The notes under the pieces were generated by a model, which saw only the letters and a list, made by a program, of their open reading frames with translations, did not search any database and had not been told where the DNA came from. The translations under genes and the position numbers were made by a program. From a bacterium (GTDB taxonomy: Bacteria > Hinthialibacterota > Hinthialibacteria > Hinthialibacterales > Hinthialibacteraceae), in assembly GCA_963663405.2 (NCBI GenBank), contig CAXXSM010000150.1, positions 1 to 64,000 on the forward strand: a stretch of DNA of 64,000 bases, in the 5' to 3' direction. Below are positions 1 to 7,541 of this stretch, one piece after another. Each line of letters opens with the position of its first letter. Positions within the stretch are counted from its first letter, which is position 1.

Positions 1-93
1 CTCTCCTATATGGTCAAAAAGAGCAGCCTTTCCGCCAAAGATGTCGAAGAACTGCGTTCTATTCTCGACAATTATGAAGAGGAGCCGGAATGA
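1..93 (+). CDS. BlaI/MecI/CopY family repressor, C-terminal end (partial)
   Basis: Frame 1 reads LSYMVKKSSLSAKDVEELRSILDNYEEEPE*, like the BlaI dimerisation tail; its stop overlaps the ATG of the M56 gene (ATGA). Confidence 0.8.
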   Translation, partial: LSYMVKKSSLSAKDVEELRSILDNYEEEPE

Positions 94-2154
94 TGTTTTC
101 ACTCGATTTCATCAATCAATTGGGAGAATCATGGGCGTCCTTCATGTGGTACCAGACGTTGGATTCAACGCTGGTTCTGACGGTGATCGGCGGCTTGTGG
201 TTGATGATCCGCAAACGTTCATCGGCGCAGCTGGGGTATTGCCTGTTCCTGCTGGTTCTGCTTAAACTAACCGTTCCCGGCCAGTTTTCACTGCTTGGTG
301 TGATGGAATATCTTTTCCCGGATCATGCCGTGACACGCGGCGCTGGTGGCTTCGAACTCGTTATCGATGAGAGGGAGAATGCAACATCCGCCGGAGACCA
401 ACAATCTGCGGAGGAACAGATTAATACAGCCGTCACGTCCAATTCATCGTCATTCTTCTGGTCGAAGATATCCATCATGACCGTTTTTTATGACCGTGTG
501 GAGTGTAATGGTGGCGCTGCTGCTTGGGCGGTTTATTTGGATGCAGTGGCGGATGTTTCGCCATACACGGAAGGCCAAGTCCGTCCGGGATCGCGAGTTG
601 CTGCGGCATTTCGAGCAGCTAAAGAAGATTGCGGGAATAAAAAAGCCGATCCGTCTGTTGACCGGTTCCTGGGTGACGTCGCCGGTTGTATGGGGATTGT
701 TCCGGCCTGTTTTATTGGTACCCCATAATATGTCTCTACGATTCACCGCCAATCAGATTCGATGGATCTTGTTGCATGAATTGGCTCACATCCGGCGCCA
801 TGACAATATCGTTGTGATTGCGCAACGAATTATACAGATAATTTTCTTCTTCCATCCAGGAGTCTGGTTCGTGAATTGGATCATCGACCAGCAGCGGGAA
901 TACGCGTGTGACGACGTGGCTCTGCAGGGCTCGAATTCGTCACGCAAGGATTGCGGCGAAGGTTTTTTAGGCGTGGTGTTGCAGGCGAACGGGCTGCCGA
1001 CATTCGTAGCGGCCTCAGTCGGTATGATCAACACAAAAACCTTAATAAGGAGAAGACTGATGAGAATTCTAGATAAACACCGAAAATTGAAGGCGCAGCT
1101 GTCATACACCGCCATGTCGCTATTGATGGTTCTGACTGTCATTGTGATTCCATACGGCGGCCGGCTCGCTATCGCGCAAACAATGGAATGGACGGAAATT
1201 TTAATCGACGAAAGCATGCGACCACCAGCAAGGCTTGAACATCAAATGTGTTACGATTCCGCCCGTGATGTTATGGTCATGCATGGAGGAAAAGGAGAAT
1301 ACTCTGTTAAATTACATGACACATGGGAATTTGACGGAGAAGAATGGAAACTCGTTTCCATGGATGGACCTGCCCGGTATAAGCATCGAATGGTATACGA
1401 CGCCGCCCGTGGAGTGTGCGTGTTATTCGGGGGATATGGAACCAGCTTGACCGATCCTCACGCCGATACGTGGGAATGGGACGGTCAACATTGGAAACAG
1501 GCCGCTCCAAACACCGAAGAATTGGGAGGATTTCCCGGTATGGCCTATGACCCAAGCCGCCAAAAAGTGATCCGTCATGGAGGTGGATTGGACAAAGAAG
1601 GCGGTGGAGAAATTATCAAAAAATATAACAGCACATTCGAATGGGATGGAAGCGCATGGAACAAAATCGCGGAAGGACCGGCTGGACCCGCTATTATGGT
1701 CTATGATACAAATAAGAATAGATTGATACTCTTTCATTATGAACGTATTGAATCCCCACCTCGTATAAACAATGTTTTATGGGAGTTCAACGGAACCGAA
1801 TGGGAAAAAATCGATTTCGACGACTCGGTTGAAGCATATTACACTCCCGCATACGCATTTGATGAATCTCGCGGACTCACCGTTACATTCGGTGGAGTGA
1901 GAAATAGGAATTGGGGATTCTCTGAGTATTATGTGAGCGATCAAACGTATGAATGGGATGGATGGGACGTTTTTCTTATTTATACAGCACATAGGCCACT
2001 GGCGCGAAGCGGCGTGGAAATTGCGTATGACTCCAAACAGAACAGAATGATTTTGTTTGGAGGAGGCCAAGGCACATCCATTTATTATAATGACACATGG
2101 GCATACAGCGCGGAACAGAGCGGCATCTCCAAGAGTGTGTGGCAGTTGTATTGA
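90..2154 (+). CDS. BlaR1/MecR1-like M56 metallopeptidase fused to a C-terminal Kelch-type beta-propeller (frameshifted at T6, 484-489)
   Basis: ORFs 90..728 and 490..2154 join if one T is removed (MTVF-MTVWSV). HELAH zinc motif, QREYACD, repeated YD..R...FGG....DTWEWDG..W Kelch units; ends SKSVWQLY. Confidence 0.85.
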
Positions 2155-2170
2155 TTGGTTAGGTAATTAG

Positions 2171-2218
2171 ACTGAAGGCTGAAGACTGAAGGAAAATCCT
2201 TTGGCCTTCGGCCTTTGG
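2171..2218 (+). repeat. Heptamer-repeat hairpin, RCTGAAG x3 / CCTTYGG x3
   Basis: actgaag gctgaag actgaag gaaaat cctttgg ccttcgg cctttgg; the arms pair using G-U wobble; lies just after the M56 stop. Confidence 0.6.
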
Positions 2219-2257
2219 ATCGCATATTTACGCTTCACACTCATCTCCTATGAACGA

Positions 2258-2566
2258 TCAATTCCAGTCTAGGTAATAGAAATTCCAAACTGGACTGGAA
2301 CTCGCCGGATTCCCTAACAACAGATATACAGCGCCCGCGTCTTCTCGATCTGGATAGTCATATCCAGGATCGCCGAGGATAAGATCGTCCGCCTCATCAT
2401 TGTTGAGTTTCATGAAGTAGGCGCCGGTTCCTAATAATTGGTTGTTTACGCCGCCTTTGATGAAGTAGTTATATCCACCATTTTCTAAATCGATTTTACG
2501 CAGCCATTCTTCGCGGCCACGGAAAAGATAGACTTAACCATTCCCATCCTTTCGAAATTGAAGATA
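2258..2566 (-). pseudogene. 3' relic of an FG-GAP/integrin-alpha repeat protein
   Basis: Manual translation: ...KDGNG*VYLFRG...KLNNDEADDLILGDPGYDYPDREDAGAVYLLLGNPASSSPVWNFYYLDWN*; in-frame TAA at 2534-2536; no signal peptide or proper start. Confidence 0.7.
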
Positions 2567-2730
2567 AGAGAGATTCTTCCCAATATCATGCAGAAATATA
2601 CAAATTAATTGAACTAACGAATGATTATTAAGGCTGGCTTAGATATGATTGTTCGGATAAGCGAAGTGGAGAGCTGAGTGTGAAGCATCGAAAGCGGAAT
2701 TTGAAAGTGAACTGTTCTATGGTTCTCTTA

Positions 2731-4596
2731 TCATAACAATTCCCAGACTGCGCTGGCGGACGATGTTGACGGAACGATTTTCAATACTTTCCCATTGTTT
2801 CCAAATGGGCCGAGGGCGCTTGACGCGCAAACATAAATGGCGCCGTTGCGGTCTTGCCCAAATCCTTTCAAATACAAACCAAGGGAATCATCATTCGCTC
2901 CGAGATGGAATTCATAGATCTGATTCGATGAATCGAGATAGAAGAGGCGTCCATTGGGATTGCTAAATCCAGTGGAAAAATCTCCAAAAACATAGAACCC
3001 GTTCAACTCGGGAATGGCTGTGTCATGGTACACAAATCCACCGACGATCGCGGTTCCATCATCATGATCGTATTGCGCGATGGGATCAATCAACGGCTCT
3101 GGCGGCAAAGGGGCGGCGGGTTCCGTTGCGATGAATCCACTGCTCGATCCATTCGCGTCAAAGAAAAATGATCCTTCCTTGTGACGCCAACCATGATTTT
3201 CACCATTCGATACGACAGTGATTTCCTCGACCAGGTTTTGACCGACATCAGCTACATATAAAATTCCGTTGGGATCGAAACTGAAACGGTAGGGATTACG
3301 GAATCCATAAGCGTATATCTCATCCACTCCCTCTGTCCCAACAAACGGATTATCCGGTGGAACGCCATACTGCCCATTGGCGGAGTTATCACCATTCACA
3401 TCGATCCGAATAATCGAACCAAGGATCGTATTGATGTTTTGCCCATTGCCTTCCTCACCATGTCCCTCTCCTTGGTCGTCCGCCGCGCCTCCATCACCCA
3501 ATGCGATATAGAGAAAGCCATCCGGTCCGAACTGCAGGCCACCGCCATCATGGTTGAATTGCGGTTCATCGATCCGTACTAATTCACGACGGGAACTGAC
3601 TAATACTTGATTGGGATTGGCTGAATCCGTAGTCCATTCGGCAATGACGCTTTGATGATTATGCGCGCCGGATGTCAACGGGACCGTAAAATCGGCGATG
3701 GATTCAACGGGTTCCGATGTGAAAGTATAGAGTTTTTGATTGACGCTGAATTCAGGATGGAAAGCCAACCCGAGCAGTCCGCGTTCATCGTAATCGTTTT
3801 CATCAAACGAACCACTGATTCCAAGGGGAACCAATCGATCAGACACATCAAGGAAGGGAACCGCCAGCGGCGCGCCATTTACCAAAACCGTAACAATACC
3901 GGTTTGATCGTACACAAACAATCGCCCCGTTCCATCATCCGGTTCTACAACGCCCAAAGGCGAAGTCAAGCCGTCAATCAGCGTTTCCAACTCGATTGTG
4001 ATGGTTCCTTTTGGGATATCCGGTAGAGGATCGCCAATGGGAATTCCTTCACCGAAAACGTTGAAATCGCCCCGCATTGTGCTTGCGTGATTTCGGCAGC
4101 GATATCCCGGCGTATTGCCCTGTTCTCTCATTGCGGCGATCAGATTGGATGTCAGCGTGAATTCCACATACCCATCACCAAAGTCCTGCCAACTGACATC
4201 CGCGTCGGTCTCGAAGGATCCTTCAAAAGAGCCTTGTGAAAGGAGAACAATATCGCTTCCAGTCACCGCTCCCTTGGCCAGGATATCAAGCGGATGAGGG
4301 CCTGGATTTACAATAAAAATACGGTACCGCTTATTCATGATTAAGTTGATTGCTGGATCATTCGCGGGTAGCGCATCCGTATAGAGATCAGAGGAGGATA
4401 CACTTGTCAAAGTGTAGTCAATGAAACTGTTGTTGTCGAAGGTCCACTCGTAATCATACGCCAATGAAGTGGACGTTAAAAGACTTAAATAAAAGACGGC
4501 GCCGAATAGACGCAGGATCGATCTACACATTTTTCCTTGTCTATAAGGACGCTGTTTAGATAAAAGAATGGGAATCATTATGTTTTTTCCTTTCAT
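2731..4596 (-). CDS. Secreted PQQ-dependent glucose/sorbosone dehydrogenase (GSDH) family protein with N-terminal cupredoxin-like domain
   Basis: Signal peptide (TSLA-Y); HPL...YRCRNHASTMRG copper-site motif; ERGLLGLAFHP, NHDGGGLQFGPDGFLYIALGDGG, AYGFRNPYRFSFD, VADVGQ; ends SASAVWELL. True start may be downstream. Confidence 0.85.
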   Translation of the reverse strand: MKGKNIMIPILLSKQRPYRQGKMCRSILRLFGAVFYLSLLTSTSLAYDYEWTFDNNSFIDYTLTSVSSSDLYTDALPANDPAINLIMNKRYRIFIVNPGPHPLDILAKGAVTGSDIVLLSQGSFEGSFETDADVSWQDFGDGYVEFTLTSNLIAAMREQGNTPGYRCRNHASTMRGDFNVFGEGIPIGDPLPDIPKGTITIELETLIDGLTSPLGVVEPDDGTGRLFVYDQTGIVTVLVNGAPLAVPFLDVSDRLVPLGISGSFDENDYDERGLLGLAFHPEFSVNQKLYTFTSEPVESIADFTVPLTSGAHNHQSVIAEWTTDSANPNQVLVSSRRELVRIDEPQFNHDGGGLQFGPDGFLYIALGDGGAADDQGEGHGEEGNGQNINTILGSIIRIDVNGDNSANGQYGVPPDNPFVGTEGVDEIYAYGFRNPYRFSFDPNGILYVADVGQNLVEEITVVSNGENHGWRHKEGSFFFDANGSSSGFIATEPAAPLPPEPLIDPIAQYDHDDGTAIVGGFVYHDTAIPELNGFYVFGDFSTGFSNPNGRLFYLDSSNQIYEFHLGANDDSLGLYLKGFGQDRNGAIYVCASSALGPFGNNGKVLKIVPSTSSASAVWELL

Positions 4597-4944
4597 TCAT
4601 TAAACCGGTGTAATTTGTCGTATGTTCTATTGATTCAATAAAAAATCATGAGGCAATGTTGCTTCACGACCTCTCATGGGGCGTTTTACTCCTTTCCAAG
4701 AGCCAAATACTCAGAAGAAAACTGCCTAAATCTATGATCTACAAGGCCCATATATTTGCGCCCAAATTCAAAAGGCTTATACACTAAATTTATATCTTCT
4801 CATTTTTCAAAAGCAACAAAAAAATAGGTTTGCGCAATTGTACGCATAGAAAGAAGGTGTTATTTTCAGCTGAAGAAAAGAGTTTTGTTGGTTATCTAAA
4901 TAGGGAATACAATTGAAGTTGTGTTTTTCTTCCGGAGCGTAAAA

Positions 4945-5571
4945 TCAGTAGGAATAAACTTTCGACGACCAGCGGTAAATATCGCCCTGGCTGACAATTC
5001 CATTGCTTGGATTGTATGGAGTCACCGCGAGTAAATTAGCGAGAGCAGGTTCGCAAACGGGGCAATCGGAGCCACCGGTATGAACGTCAGCCGGTGGAAA
5101 ATAGTGAATCTGCGCCAATTCTCCATCGGGTCCGGAACTGGCGATCATGGCGAATTTATCTCCTAAATCGATCGTGCCTCGAATCCCGGCGCGGTCCGCC
5201 CGTCCATAACAATACGCTTTGGAACCTGGGATTTCCTCCATATCGATCCACGCCGCGCCGTTGTTGTAGGAATGAGGAAATGGATCGTTAGGGATACTTC
5301 CGATATACGCTACGGGCGTTGTCAGACGGTAAAAGCGACTGGCAAAATTCATTTCTTCAGTAGTATTGGAATATGGATTGGGAAATACGTTTCGATCGAT
5401 CCGGTAAGTTTCCAGCGCGGAAAACAGCGCGCGTGATTCTTCCACTACGCGAGCGACTTTGGCCCGTGTCAAAGCCGAGAGAAAATTGGGAACGGCGATC
5501 GCCGCTAAAATGCCAATAATGGCGACTACGATCAGTAACTCGATCAAGGTAAATGCAGTATTTTTTCCCAT
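4945..5571 (-). CDS. Prepilin-type N-terminal cleavage/methylation protein (GspG-like pseudopilin)
   Basis: A-FTLIELLIVVAIIGILAAIAVPNF class III signal; LTTPVAY..P.DPF, SGPDG and YNPSNG..S.GDI blocks. Confidence 0.9.
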   Translation of the reverse strand: MGKNTAFTLIELLIVVAIIGILAAIAVPNFLSALTRAKVARVVEESRALFSALETYRIDRNVFPNPYSNTTEEMNFASRFYRLTTPVAYIGSIPNDPFPHSYNNGAAWIDMEEIPGSKAYCYGRADRAGIRGTIDLGDKFAMIASSGPDGELAQIHYFPPADVHTGGSDCPVCEPALANLLAVTPYNPSNGIVSQGDIYRWSSKVYSY

Positions 5572-5603
5572 CGTAAAACCTCTTTTCCATTATGGGAATC
5601 CAA

Positions 5604-5638
5604 CCGCCGTCCCCGGAGAGCCGCTCCAGAGACGGCGG
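5604..5638 (-). other. Strong GC-rich intercistronic hairpin without U-tract
   Basis: Minus strand CCGCCGTCTCTGGAG-CGGCT-CTCCGGGGACGGCGG between the propeller and prepilin genes. Confidence 0.6.
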
Positions 5639-5648
5639 ATTGAATAGT

Positions 5649-6914
5649 CTATTTCACCAGTGACCAATAAGGGATGTGAGAGGTCACTTCCAAGGGCAGT
5701 GTGGATAAGAAATATGGCGCCGGTTCACATGGAAACGTCTCCATTGTTAACATGGTAACATCCACCACGGCGATTAAATCGGTTTGAGTGAGCCCCAGAT
5801 AGGCTTTTTGGCTATCCGGGGAGAAATCCTGCGCGAAGAATCCCACTTGGCTTGGAGTGGAAAGAGGAAATTCTTTCACGATCGTCATATAATCCGGTGA
5901 AGATGGATCGCAATTAATAACGTGGATTAATTGCGTTTCTTGATCCCCGGGCATATTGAAATCCCCCGCGACAATCCACTTACCGTCGGGGCTATACGCA
6001 AATCCCTTGCAACTGACGCTTTCAACCGTTTTCATCTCTTCCGTTTCCAAGTTGATGGAATAGAAATAACTCCCTGGTTCACCATCCCAGTGACAGTTGC
6101 CAACGATATACCGGCCGTCTGGAGAAAGTTTCAACGAGGGGGTCATATGCCCTTCGGTCGTAGAAATCGTTTTGAGATGAACGTCTTTTTCAGCGCCTTC
6201 CGTTCCAAAAACTTCTACACCGCCCGCGCAGGCGATATAAACCTTTTTCATCATGGGTGAATAGACAACAGAATGAGGCAAAGGGAGAATATCCGAATGT
6301 GTTATCCGGATGGTTTTCGTGAGTCCATCAATAATATCCACACCGCCGGGACTATCCGTTCCATTAAAGCGTGTAGCGTAAATATCGTATCCCGATTCGG
6401 TCGTTGGAAAACCAACTGTGGCGTGATGATGCCCCCCCTCGAATGTCTCGATTTCCATTGTCTCTGGATCGATCAGACTTACCGTGTCTTCCCCATCATT
6501 TGCTACGCAGAACCGGTTATCCGGCGTCACGTAAGAATGAAACGGATGCGCGCCGGTTTCCAGCGTACGCGTACAAAGAATAGAACCAGGATACGCGCTG
6601 TAATCAAACGCTTCGACGGTTCCTCCTTCTTCAGAATCACCATCTGGACAGGAGACAAAAAATTTCTTTACGGATGGAATGGCTCTGATAAAACGAGGCG
6701 TATTCTCCAGAACCGAGCCAGAGGGTTCATATGAAAACACTATTGTTCCATCCGGTTCGTATACGGTGATCATTTTGTTGATATCGTTCCGGTGACTAAC
6801 GGCGATGAGGTGATCCGCCGCGAAAACTTCAATACAACAAAATAATCCAGCGATTGCAAGCGAAAAAAATGTAAGGCTTCGATAGGTCAATATCAATTCA
6901 ATTATTCTTTTCAT
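5649..6914 (-). CDS. Secreted His-rich YVTN/YncE-type beta-propeller (AztD-like metal-binding candidate)
   Basis: Signal peptide (VFA-AD); TPD, SPDG and FSPD blade motifs; VANDGEDTVSLID; His clusters HPFH, GHHH, PH; ends TSHIPYWSLVK. Confidence 0.7.
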   Translation of the reverse strand: MKRIIELILTYRSLTFFSLAIAGLFCCIEVFAADHLIAVSHRNDINKMITVYEPDGTIVFSYEPSGSVLENTPRFIRAIPSVKKFFVSCPDGDSEEGGTVEAFDYSAYPGSILCTRTLETGAHPFHSYVTPDNRFCVANDGEDTVSLIDPETMEIETFEGGHHHATVGFPTTESGYDIYATRFNGTDSPGGVDIIDGLTKTIRITHSDILPLPHSVVYSPMMKKVYIACAGGVEVFGTEGAEKDVHLKTISTTEGHMTPSLKLSPDGRYIVGNCHWDGEPGSYFYSINLETEEMKTVESVSCKGFAYSPDGKWIVAGDFNMPGDQETQLIHVINCDPSSPDYMTIVKEFPLSTPSQVGFFAQDFSPDSQKAYLGLTQTDLIAVVDVTMLTMETFPCEPAPYFLSTLPLEVTSHIPYWSLVK

Positions 6915-6948
6915 TATCGTTTTGCTCCTAATAAATAGATAACACCCA

Positions 6949-7003
6949 TGTCATGATAGAAATCATGACAAAGCGAAAACCAGTCATTCAAATAGCATGA
7001 CTG
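6949..7003 (-). promoter_or_regulatory. Two inverted repeats with a shared GTCAT/ATGAC core (possible attenuator)
   Basis: TGTCATGAT-agaa-ATCATGACA (6949-6970) and CAGTCAT-N9-ATGACTG (6981-7003), between the RGPP leader ORF and the next gene. Confidence 0.5.
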
Positions 7004-7034
7004 TTCATGTAAAAGAAACTGGAAAAAAGCAAGA

Positions 7035-7391
7035 TTACAGAATGATAGGAGGTCCCCTAGGGAAACAGGGACGAACACGGCGGACTATAGGCGTTTCAAT
7101 GGGAATCTTAGCAAAGCATTGATCGTTCTCAGCAAAACAGAACGTTTTACCCTTAATAATGAAATTTCGCGCAATTTGAAGGACTCTACAGATCTCACAT
7201 TCATGATCGCCACATACGGCATGTTCAAGATGATCGATCGCGGAGTCTTCTAGATGAATTAAATCTGATTGATGGGAGGGAGTGATATGCGGGTGATGGT
7301 GTATGGACGCAAGGAGAATGACTCCGCAATGAGCTAGCAAAGCGGCCCAAGCGCTGAATCGCTGAAAACGTTTTGAGAGCCATGTATCCAT
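7035..7391 (-). CDS. DUF2946/CruR-like small protein: hydrophobic N-terminus, His-rich, CxxC, C-terminal RGPP (putative arrest-peptide leader)
   Basis: MDTWLSKRFQRFSAWAALLAHCGVILLASIHHHPH...HECEIC...PRGPPIIL*; ATG at 7391 chosen over the longer ORF-track start. Confidence 0.75.
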   Translation of the reverse strand: MDTWLSKRFQRFSAWAALLAHCGVILLASIHHHPHITPSHQSDLIHLEDSAIDHLEHAVCGDHECEICRVLQIARNFIIKGKTFCFAENDQCFAKIPIETPIVRRVRPCFPRGPPIIL

Positions 7392-7541
7392 AGGTGATTT
7401 TTTACCCACTACGATCATAGTAGAAGATGCGGATAGAAATGTCAAGCGAGTAAAAATGTCAATGTAGTGGACACTGTGGACTTACGAAATCGTTTTTGAT
7501 GATCCATTCAATTCGCACAGCAGGATTGTTTCAAAAACAGT

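Noticed and set aside
1-2154. Beta-lactam resistance locus (blaI-blaR1 plus the MBL gene at 7542)
   Set aside because: The sensor is a Kelch propeller, not a penicillin-binding domain, and the MBL-fold protein is a tandem-domain hydrolase unlike class B beta-lactamases.
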